Origin: Vicinamibacterales bacterium | GTDB taxonomy: Bacteria > Acidobacteriota > Vicinamibacteria > Vicinamibacterales > UBA2999 | Reading direction: 5' to 3' | Length of the DNA stretch: 64,000 nucleotides | Assembly: GCA_965262505.1 (NCBI GenBank) | Contig: CBDHFM010000030.1 | Span: forward strand, 2,528,088 to 2,592,087 | Notes under the pieces: generated by a model | The model's database searches: none | What the model saw: only the letters and a program-made list of their open reading frames with translations | What the model was told of the DNA's origin: nothing | In this document: positions 28,325 through 35,732 of the stretch, one piece after another | How the letters are laid out: every line of letters starts with the position of its first letter | Numbering within the stretch: the first letter of the stretch is position 1 | Program-made: the position numbers and the translations under genes

Positions 28325-29757
28325 CTAGTACTACTTTGTCAGATTTGCAGTTTGACGTCTTTGAGCTTGAGCATCCACTTCAGGTAGTGCGGTTGCGTCA
28401 TGAAGAAATGGGCGGTCAGCACTTCCTGGATGATGGCGCGGACGCGCGGCAGCGTGAGATGTGTCTGTCCCCGTCGGCGGCGTTCCATCTGGAGAAAGCT
28501 GTAGGCGAGGGCGGTCAGCGCCACGTGACGTTGCCAGCCCGGCAGGCTGCGGCCTTCGAAGTGGTCGAGCCCAATCTCGTCCTTGAGCTCCTGGTATTGC
28601 TGCTCGATCGCCCAGCGCTGATGCGCGAGGCGCACGAGGCCGCGCAGCGCGGTGGTGGCGGGCAGATCGACCAAGTAGTACTTGGTGACAGGCGTTGCGC
28701 CGAGGTCGCGTTGACACAACAACCACACCTCGGGGGCGAGCCGTCGGCCCTCGCGCCAGTCGTGGGCGGGCGTGACCCGTACGGCACAGAAGCGGGCGCG
28801 CCACGGGGGATGCGTGCCGTTGCGCCACGACACGAGCCGCCACTGGCGAGGCGCTTGCGTGGCGGCCCAGGCCCGCGCTTCGACGGTCTGTGTACCGACC
28901 GGTAGGCCGTGCCGCGTGCGCGGACGGCCGCGGCCCGTCGGCGGCGGCGGCGTCTCGAGGGCCGGCGTTCCACGGAAGACCTTGAGATCGGACGACACCC
29001 CCAACGCGTAGGACAGTTTGGCCCGATGCAGCGTTCGCCGCAGCGTGGCGTTGTCGCCGAACTCGGCATCCCCCAACACGGCGGTCACCGTCACGCCCGC
29101 GGCGCGTACTTGTCGCAGCAGCGTGAGGGCCAATTGCCCCTTGGGCTGAAAGCGCACGCCGGCGGGAATGCGGGCGCGGGTCCGTTGGGCAGCGGTGAGC
29201 CACGTCTCCGGCAGATAGAGCTGCGCGCCCAGCATCCAGGCGCGCGTCCCCGTCCACAGGGCCACCGTGACGGCCGTTTGGCAGTTCGCGATTTTCCCGC
29301 GTGCCCCGCAGTATTGCCGCGCCACGCCGACCGACGCGGTCCCTTGCTTGGGAAAACTGGTGCCGTCGAGGATCAACACGCCGGTCCGCTCCGGGACCCG
29401 CGCCCGCAGCTGCTTCCACACCGTCTCGGCGTCCCACGGCGCATGCGTGATGAAGTGCTGGAACGCCTGATAGGTCCCGGGGTCGCTCAACCGCGCCCAC
29501 ATCGCCTCCATGGACTTGCGGCAACTGTCGTTGAGCAACCCGGCGACGTAGCGCCGCAACGCGCCGCGTTGACTGGCGCGCCCGAAGCCGGCCTCGAACG
29601 GCTCCAGCCAGGCCAGCAACCGACGGAGCCACGCGGTCGCGGTGTGATCGAGCACCGCACGGCAGCGTATCGAACTCGCGGAATTTGTACAATGCCCTCA
29701 AAAGTGATCGCTCTCGAATCCACTCGGCAATTCGTCAATCTGACAAAGTAGCACTAG
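28325..29757 (-). mobile_element. IS701-family insertion sequence, copy A (1433 bp including flanking CTAG)
   Basis: 20-bp terminal inverted repeat CTAGTACTACTTTGTCAGAT, with one mismatch in the right repeat of this copy. CTAG at both ends. Near-identical to copies B and C. Confidence 0.9.
28339..29655 (-). CDS. IS701-family DDE transposase
   Basis: 438 aa. RRYVAGLLNDSCRKSMEAMW, LILDGTSFPKQGTASVGVARQYCGARGKIANCQ and HQRWAIEQQYQELKDEIGLDHFEGRS are the IS701/DDE_5 pattern. Confidence 0.9.
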   Translation of the reverse strand: MLDHTATAWLRRLLAWLEPFEAGFGRASQRGALRRYVAGLLNDSCRKSMEAMWARLSDPGTYQAFQHFITHAPWDAETVWKQLRARVPERTGVLILDGTSFPKQGTASVGVARQYCGARGKIANCQTAVTVALWTGTRAWMLGAQLYLPETWLTAAQRTRARIPAGVRFQPKGQLALTLLRQVRAAGVTVTAVLGDAEFGDNATLRRTLHRAKLSYALGVSSDLKVFRGTPALETPPPPTGRGRPRTRHGLPVGTQTVEARAWAATQAPRQWRLVSWRNGTHPPWRARFCAVRVTPAHDWREGRRLAPEVWLLCQRDLGATPVTKYYLVDLPATTALRGLVRLAHQRWAIEQQYQELKDEIGLDHFEGRSLPGWQRHVALTALAYSFLQMERRRRGQTHLTLPRVRAIIQEVLTAHFFMTQPHYLKWMLKLKDVKLQI

Positions 29758-29776
29758 GAAGCGGTGCCATCACCCC

Positions 29777-30178
29777 ATGCTCGATCTGGCGTTTTTCTAC
29801 GGCACGCTGATGGCGCCCTTTCACCGGGCGGCGCGGTTTCGTCTCGACCAGCATCTCGTCTATGTCGGCCGCGGCACGATCGCCGGTGCGCTGTTCGATC
29901 TCGGTATCTATCCAGCGGCGGTGCCGGCCTCGGATGCCACGGTGCGGGGCGAGGTGTACCGCATGACGCATCCGGCGCTCGTCCTCCAGGCGCTGGACGA
30001 GTTCGAGGGGTACCGGGCCGACGAGCCGGAAAGCAGCCTCTACACGCGGGCGCTCACACGCGCGAGGCTGGGGGACGGGCGGGTCGTCGACGCGTGGGCG
30101 TACTTTTATAACGCCCCACTCGGCCGCGCCGAGCGCATTCACTCCGGCGATTATCTAGAACATCTCAAGGTGAGGTAA
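29777..30178 (+). CDS. Gamma-glutamylcyclotransferase (AIG2/GGACT-like) family protein
   Basis: 133 aa. FFYGTLM..GALFDLGIYPAAV..GEVYRM..LDEFEGY pattern. Confidence 0.7.
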   Translation: MLDLAFFYGTLMAPFHRAARFRLDQHLVYVGRGTIAGALFDLGIYPAAVPASDATVRGEVYRMTHPALVLQALDEFEGYRADEPESSLYTRALTRARLGDGRVVDAWAYFYNAPLGRAERIHSGDYLEHLKVR

Positions 30179-30184
30179 CGGGCG

Positions 30185-30550
30185 TTACACGCCGCCGGTG
30201 TCCTCTTTGAGCGCGTCCAGAAACGCCTTGATGGCGTGTCTGGCCGACGGAGACGGATCGACGAGTTGAAGACCCGAGCGGTAGGCGACTTTGTCCTGAT
30301 CGACGCTGCTAATGCGCGAATGGACCACGCGTCCCTTGGTGACGACGGACGAGTCACCCAGAGTGAGCCGCACGTCGTGCAGCGAGTCGAGTTGAAGGGG
30401 GAACAGGGTTTCAATGGTGAGGCCGCCCCTGCCGATATCCTTGACCTGCATCGGCTGGAACACCATCATGTCGCCCCGAAGCTCGCCGACGGCGAGCACC
30501 CGTTCAGCGTCGCGCTTGTCCCTGCCTTGTGCGGCGCGCCCACGTTGCAT
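30185..30550 (-). CDS. PilZ-domain-like protein
   Basis: 121 aa. An arginine-rich N-terminus (RGRAAQGRDKRDAER) followed by VKDIGRGGLTIET resembles the RxxxR / DxSxxG c-di-GMP motifs. Confidence 0.5.
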   Translation of the reverse strand: MQRGRAAQGRDKRDAERVLAVGELRGDMMVFQPMQVKDIGRGGLTIETLFPLQLDSLHDVRLTLGDSSVVTKGRVVHSRISSVDQDKVAYRSGLQLVDPSPSARHAIKAFLDALKEDTGGV

Positions 30551-30700
30551 CGTCCACTAGCTCCTGAACTGTTGAGTGCCCGGCCAGACCGAACGACGGC
30601 GGGCCGTTCCCTCGGTCATCGGACGTCTAGAAAAGGGCAGCCCCGTCCAGCAGGGGCCAAGCTCTATTGCTGAACTTCTCGGTTCAACAGGGAGGATCCT

Positions 30701-30753
30701 TTAGCTGGGTCGAGGGCCCGATGCGACCAGATTTAGTGGTCGAGAAGGCGACG
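30701..30753. repeat. Direct repeats of a ~21-bp unit (TTAGTGGTCGAGAAGGCGACG), left part of an array split by an IS
   Basis: A degenerate unit lies at 30701-30721 (TTAGCTGGGTCGAGGGCCCGA) and a good unit at 30733-30753. Confidence 0.5.
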
Positions 30754-32062
30754 TTAGGGCTTGTCAGACAATTACTGACTTTTGTGTTCTCGGAGCAGCG
30801 GGATGGATCGTGTAGTTCCAGTCGCCGTGAAAGCGATGCCGCTCGAGGCGTACCGTCGCCAGCTGCGCATCGGTGACGGTGAGGCCACCCGGGTATGGGC
30901 CGCGGTCGAGTTCCGACCGAACGCGGAGTCCGGACCGACTGTGCGTCGAGCCAATGAGGCTCACGATCGTGGCCAAGTCGACGAGTGGGGTGCCGCGCCA
31001 ATTCATCGCGATGTGCGAGAACACCCGATGCTCGATCTTGTTCCACTTGCTCGTACCCGGCGGAAAGTGACAGACCGTGATCACCAAGCCCGTCCGATTG
31101 GCCAGACGCGGCAGTTCCCACTTCCACAACCGGAGGCGCGCCCCGTTGCTCCCGCCTGCATCCGCCGTGATCAACAGCGACTGGGCTTGTCGATACGCCG
31201 GGCGACCCATGTGCTGCCACCAACGCTGGATCGACCGTACCGCGAAGCTCGCGGTGTCGTGATCGATCCCGACACGCACCCAGCCTTCGTTGCGATGCAG
31301 ATCGTAGATGCCATACGGAATGGCCTTCCCGCCCGTGGTGGCGGTGGCCGGGATCACGAAGTCGTGGACCTGTACCCGCTGCGGCGTCTTCGCCGGGCGC
31401 CAGGTGCGGCCCGCGTTCTTGAACGCGCCGACCAGCTCCTTCTTCTTGGTGTCCACCGAAATCGTCGGCTGCTGTTGCCGTTGCGCGCGTCGCACGCGCC
31501 GGGCGATGTACCGAAACTGCGCGTCCCGATCGACATGCTGGCGGCCTTCACGAGTCTTGGCGTTGCCCTGCAGGCTGTAGCCCAGTCCGTGCAACAACTC
31601 GGCGACCACCGTGTGGCTGACGCGGTGGCCCAGACCGTCGAGCGCCACCGCCAACGTCCGTGCGCTCTGGCACGTCCACCGCAGCGGCGAGTCGGGATCG
31701 CCGGGGGCGGTCGGCTCAACCAACGCATCCAAATCGCGCAGCAGCGTCGCGTCGAGATCGATCGCGCGCTTGCGGCCGCCGCCCGCCCTTCGCGTCCGGC
31801 CGCCCGCGAGCGGCTCGTCCGCCGTCAATTCACGCAAACCGCGCTGGATGGTCGATGTCGCGATACCCGTGGCTCGGGCGACCAGCGCCGTGCCGCCATA
31901 ACCGATCGCCTGGGCCTCAGTCGCCGCCCACACCCGGCGCGATCGCTCCGTGAGCACGGGCGCCAGCGCTGCATGCTTTGCCCGCAGGGTGGCCACCTCC
32001 ACGGGCGCAGCGTACTACTCGCCGATCAACAGTACAAGCAGTTATTTCCTTACATGCTCTTA
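30754..32062 (-). mobile_element. ISAzo13-family insertion sequence, copy 2 (1309 bp including flanking TTA)
   Basis: Collinear with copy 1 over its full length. I saw 5 nucleotide differences (copy-1 positions 18571, 18798, 19235, and two near 19727 and 19746). TTA at both junctions. Confidence 0.85.
30764..32002 (-). CDS. ISAzo13-family DDE transposase
   Basis: 412 aa. Differs from copy 1 by Q->P (ELPRLANR) and I->L (GGLTVTD). Confidence 0.9.
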   Translation of the reverse strand: MEVATLRAKHAALAPVLTERSRRVWAATEAQAIGYGGTALVARATGIATSTIQRGLRELTADEPLAGGRTRRAGGGRKRAIDLDATLLRDLDALVEPTAPGDPDSPLRWTCQSARTLAVALDGLGHRVSHTVVAELLHGLGYSLQGNAKTREGRQHVDRDAQFRYIARRVRRAQRQQQPTISVDTKKKELVGAFKNAGRTWRPAKTPQRVQVHDFVIPATATTGGKAIPYGIYDLHRNEGWVRVGIDHDTASFAVRSIQRWWQHMGRPAYRQAQSLLITADAGGSNGARLRLWKWELPRLANRTGLVITVCHFPPGTSKWNKIEHRVFSHIAMNWRGTPLVDLATIVSLIGSTHSRSGLRVRSELDRGPYPGGLTVTDAQLATVRLERHRFHGDWNYTIHPAAPRTQKSVIV

Positions 32063-32101
32063 GTGGTCGAAAAGGAGACCTGCTGGTCGAGAGGGGACTC
32101 G
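32060..32101. repeat. Direct repeats of the ~21-bp unit, right part of the split array
   Basis: TTAGTGGTCGAAAAGGAGACC (32060-32080) and TGCTGGTCGAGAGGGGACTCG (32081-32101). Confidence 0.5.
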
Positions 32102-32125
32102 GGTTGGATCGCGCGCGCGAGGCGC

Positions 32126-32779
32126 TCAGTATCGCTTCTTGAGCTGGCGCATCAGATCGAACTCGGCGGTATCCGCGACGGCCATGACCGACATCACGCC
32201 GGCCTGCACCGGATCCGAGACCACGAGATCCGCGGCATCGGGAACGCTCCCGGCCATGTTCAGCGAGATCACGTAGAGCCCGTGCTTCCGGACCTCTTCG
32301 ACAGCCTCCGCGATCTCGCCGCCCATGATGGCGCCGGCCAGCACGAGGATGCGCACGCGGGGCAGGCGGACCACGGAACGGACCGCCGCCGCCAGCTCCT
32401 GTTCGCCGACCAGCGGGATCGTATCGACGGAGATGCGCTCCCCGCGGATGTTGTGGCGGTCCGCCTCCGACACGGCGCCCATCGCGACGAGCCCCACCTG
32501 CGCGCCGCCGCCCATGACGATGATCCGTTTGCCGTAGATCTTGGCGAGAGACGGTGTCTCGACCACGTCCGCGACCCCCGCGACCTTCCGGAGATCGTTG
32601 AGCACGTCTTCAAGCGCGATCCCATCCAGCGTGATTTCAAAGTAGGTCTTTTGGTGCGGCTCTCCGGCGTGGATATCGACGTAGGTGATGTTGGCGCGAT
32701 GATCCGCCAGGACTTTCGTGAGCCCGTACAGTATGCCGGGGCGGTCCGAGACGGTCGCGAGAATGGCGTGCACGCTCAT
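32126..32779 (-). CDS. ACT-domain-containing protein
   Basis: 217 aa. The N-terminal ILATVSDRPGILYGLTKVLADHRANITYVDI is ACT-like. The C-terminal glycine-rich IIVMGGGAQVG domain is of unknown function. Confidence 0.6.
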   Translation of the reverse strand: MSVHAILATVSDRPGILYGLTKVLADHRANITYVDIHAGEPHQKTYFEITLDGIALEDVLNDLRKVAGVADVVETPSLAKIYGKRIIVMGGGAQVGLVAMGAVSEADRHNIRGERISVDTIPLVGEQELAAAVRSVVRLPRVRILVLAGAIMGGEIAEAVEEVRKHGLYVISLNMAGSVPDAADLVVSDPVQAGVMSVMAVADTAEFDLMRQLKKRY

Positions 32780-32810
32780 GTCGCGAATGGCCAGTCCAGT
32801 TGGACCGGCT

Positions 32811-35165
32811 TCAGCCGGCCCTGCTCGCGTCGAGGGCTGCCTTCACACGCTCCGGCGTGAACGGGATCTGCCGCACGCGGGCTCCCGTGGCATCGAAGAT
32901 GGCGTTACCAATCGCCGCGGCGATCACCGTAATCGACGTTTCGCCCGCCCCCGCTGCCGCCGCGTCGGGCCGGTCGATCAGCACGCTTTCGATGACCGGG
33001 ACTTCGTCGCCGAGGTACCACGGCCGATACGTTTGCCAATCGACTGACGTCACGCGATCCGCGCTCCAGGTGACTTCTTCCCGCAAGGCGCGGCTCATGC
33101 CGTGGATGATCCCACCCTCGACCTGATTGCGCAGTCCGTCGGGGTTCGAAATCGGGCCGCAGTCGATCGCGGCCACGCAGCGCCGCACGACGACCAGGCC
33201 GGTGTCCTGATTCACCTCGATCTCCGCGACGACGCTGCAGTAGCCGTTGTCGCCTTCGTACAGGACACAGGCAATGCCGCGGCCGGTCACGACGCCCTGA
33301 CCGATGCCGGCGCGCGGCGATGGACGGGCGTCCCAGTCCGCCTTGGCCGCTGCGGTTGTCACCACTTCCCGCAGTCGCGGGTCGCTCAGGTGCCGCAGCC
33401 GGTACTGCACCGGATCGGCGTTCAGACTCGCCGCGATCTCGTCCAGGAAGCATTCGTGCGCGAACGTGTTCTGCAGGCGATTCGGCGATCGCAGCGGTCC
33501 GGTAAAGAACGGGGATTCAGCAACGTGCGACAGCGCGCGCTCGCTGCGGATGGTGCCGGTGCCGCCGCACACGCCGCCACTGCAACCGGTCACGTAGGAC
33601 GGCACGACGTTGCCGCCGTTGTCGTACTCACGCGTGGGAGGCACCGCTGCCCGTGGTGCGGGGAGATTGGCCTCAAAGCCTGCGAGGGTGCCCGTTACCA
33701 CGTTGCCGGGCCTTTGCCCGCCGGGACGCCCACCGCGCGAGACCGACCAGGCCTCGTGGTCCCAGCAGACGATCGTCCCGTTCGCGTCGAGTCCGGCGCG
33801 CTCGTCGAGCACGTACGCAAGACCGTAGTTTTCCCAGGCCATCTCGTCCTGGCGCGCCAGCTGCACGCGGACCGGCCGGCCCACGGCCTGCGACATCAAC
33901 GCCGCGTCGTAGGACACCGTATCCGCGCCGTTGACGCCGTAGCAGCCAGGCCCCAGGCGGAAGATGATGCGGATGCTGTCAGCGTCAAGCCCGAGGACCA
34001 TCGACATCGTGCTTCGCAGTGCATAGACGTTCTGCGTCGACGACCAGACCGTCGCCCCATCGTTCCGCACGTCGGCCACCGAGCAGGCGGTGGCGATGGA
34101 GGCGTGCATCTGATACGGGAACAGATACGTCGCTCGGGCAACTCTGGTTGCCCCAGCGAGCTGGGCGTCGACGTCGCCCGAGTCGACAACCAGCGTGTCC
34201 CGTGTGCCCGTCTGGCTCCGAAGCTGCTGGTGAAACGTGCGCTGATCGGGCAGGCGGGTCCCCTCGTTCCAGACGACCCTCAGCTGGGCCGCCGCCTGTA
34301 TCGCCTGCCACGGCTTCTCGGCGACGACGCCGATGAAGTTCTCACGGACGACGACCCTGACGACCCCTGGCATCCCCTGGACCGACTGTTGGTCGACTGT
34401 GCCGACCGTGGCGCCGAAGGTCGGTGGTCGCACCACGCGTCCGTGCAGCATGTCCGGCACCCGCACGTTGTGCACGTACTCGAACTGCCCGGTCGCCATG
34501 GCGGGAATGTCAAGGCGCGGAACCGGTTGTCCCAGTACCGTCCACTCACTGGCAGGCTTGCGTCTCGCGTCCTGATTGAGCGGAATGCTGAACTGCCGTC
34601 CTCCGATCAATTCGCCGTACGAGACGCGCCTCGCGGCGTCGCCACGGACCATCACCGCGCCATCGGCGGTGGTCAGCCGGTCTGCGGGCACGCCCAGGCG
34701 CGCCGCACCCAGCTGGACGAGTGTCTCGCGGGCGGTCGCCCCGGCCAGCGCCAGATTGCTCTGATTGAAGTTGGCGGGATGCGACTGCGCCCCCGACGTG
34801 GTGCCCTGATTCGGCGTGATCGACGTGTCGCACTGTATCAGCCGGACGCGGTCGATCGGCACGCTCAGCTCCTCGGCCACGAGCTGCGTCTGCGCCGTGA
34901 AGAGCCCCGTCCCGAGCTCGCACTTGCCCGTGTAAGCGGTCACGCTCCCGTCGGCGTTGATGGCGATCCACGAGTCGAGCTCAACGCTGCCCGGGCCATT
35001 GATGCCCTGGGCCGCCGCGCTGCCAGGCGCGATGCCGAGATCACCGGCCAGTCGCGCCGCACTGAACGCCACGATCAGTGCGCCCGACCCCTTCACAAAG
35101 GCTCTTCGCGAAAGGCCGGCGCTGGTCAACGCCGCCAGCGCATCGGAGGTCATCGAAGCCTTCAT
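32811..35165 (-). CDS. Molybdopterin-dependent oxidoreductase, IorB-like large subunit (aldehyde oxidase/xanthine dehydrogenase family) with Tat signal
   Basis: The start at 35165 (ATGA overlap with the small subunit) gives MKASMTSDALAALTSAGLSRRAFVKGSGAL (twin-arginine motif). 784 aa. The listed ORF start 35336 overlaps the upstream gene. Confidence 0.8.
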   Translation of the reverse strand: MKASMTSDALAALTSAGLSRRAFVKGSGALIVAFSAARLAGDLGIAPGSAAAQGINGPGSVELDSWIAINADGSVTAYTGKCELGTGLFTAQTQLVAEELSVPIDRVRLIQCDTSITPNQGTTSGAQSHPANFNQSNLALAGATARETLVQLGAARLGVPADRLTTADGAVMVRGDAARRVSYGELIGGRQFSIPLNQDARRKPASEWTVLGQPVPRLDIPAMATGQFEYVHNVRVPDMLHGRVVRPPTFGATVGTVDQQSVQGMPGVVRVVVRENFIGVVAEKPWQAIQAAAQLRVVWNEGTRLPDQRTFHQQLRSQTGTRDTLVVDSGDVDAQLAGATRVARATYLFPYQMHASIATACSVADVRNDGATVWSSTQNVYALRSTMSMVLGLDADSIRIIFRLGPGCYGVNGADTVSYDAALMSQAVGRPVRVQLARQDEMAWENYGLAYVLDERAGLDANGTIVCWDHEAWSVSRGGRPGGQRPGNVVTGTLAGFEANLPAPRAAVPPTREYDNGGNVVPSYVTGCSGGVCGGTGTIRSERALSHVAESPFFTGPLRSPNRLQNTFAHECFLDEIAASLNADPVQYRLRHLSDPRLREVVTTAAAKADWDARPSPRAGIGQGVVTGRGIACVLYEGDNGYCSVVAEIEVNQDTGLVVVRRCVAAIDCGPISNPDGLRNQVEGGIIHGMSRALREEVTWSADRVTSVDWQTYRPWYLGDEVPVIESVLIDRPDAAAAGAGETSITVIAAAIGNAIFDATGARVRQIPFTPERVKAALDASRAG

Positions 35166-35629
35166 GCCGTCCTCCCCTGCGCGTACCGCCGGATGGCGGC
35201 CAGCATGCGCACGTGAGCGCCGCACCGGCAGAGCACCGTCGACATCGCCTGTCGGATCTGGGCGTCGCTGGCGTTCGGCGTCTGGTCGAGCAGCGCCTTG
35301 GCCGTCATGATCACGCCGTTGACGCAGAAGCCGCACTGCATCGCCTGTTCGTCGATGAACGCCTGCTGGATCGGATGAGGGTTCTCAACCGTGCCAAGGC
35401 CTTCCAGTGTCGTGATGGCGGAGCCCGCGACCTTCTCGACCGGCGTGACGCAGGAGCGCGTCGCCTCGCCGTCGACGATCACCGTGCAGGCGCCGCACTG
35501 GGACAGGCCGCATCCGAACTTCGGCCCGCGCATCTCCAGATCGTCGCTGAGCACGTAGAGCAGGGGAGTGGCCGGATCGACATCCACCGTGTGCATCCGG
35601 CCGTTGACGGTGAGGTTGACGATGCTCAT
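35162..35629 (-). CDS. (2Fe-2S)-binding small subunit, IorA-like
   Basis: 155 aa. GCGLSQCGACTV and MQCGFCVNG..CRCGAH are the two [2Fe-2S] cysteine clusters. Confidence 0.9.
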   Translation of the reverse strand: MSIVNLTVNGRMHTVDVDPATPLLYVLSDDLEMRGPKFGCGLSQCGACTVIVDGEATRSCVTPVEKVAGSAITTLEGLGTVENPHPIQQAFIDEQAMQCGFCVNGVIMTAKALLDQTPNASDAQIRQAMSTVLCRCGAHVRMLAAIRRYAQGRTA

Positions 35630-35732
35630 ACCAGAATCCTTTCGCCGCGAATGCTGTGAATGGTAACGCTACCGGGTGCCCGCGTCTACCGATGCTCCCG
35701 ATGGGCGCCGCGACTTCGGGTCGCTCCCCTAG

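Noticed and set aside
28303-28905. 200-280-aa ORFs present in three copies (28303..28905 and 28909..29751; 54525..55346 and 55350..56192; 58513..59124 and 57667..58509), plus the 456-aa frames 28331..29701, 54772..56142 and 57717..59087
   Set aside because: All lie inside the three IS701-like copies, either antisense to or out of frame with the 438-aa transposase, which carries the recognisable DDE blocks. Their repetition simply mirrors the IS copy number.
18442-32062. ISAzo13 copies 1 and 2 as the arms of an 13.6-kb composite transposon carrying glycan genes
   Set aside because: Each copy has its own TTA flanks and cleanly interrupts a different local sequence (the DegT-like gene and the 21-bp repeat array). 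No shared outer duplication is visible.
30782-32860. A 692-aa plus-strand ORF spanning ISAzo13 copy 2, the ACT-domain gene and the end of the IorB-like gene
   Set aside because: It runs antisense to three independently supported minus-strand genes, and its first 430 aa duplicate the antisense ORF of IS copy 1 (18470..19771). It is a shadow frame.
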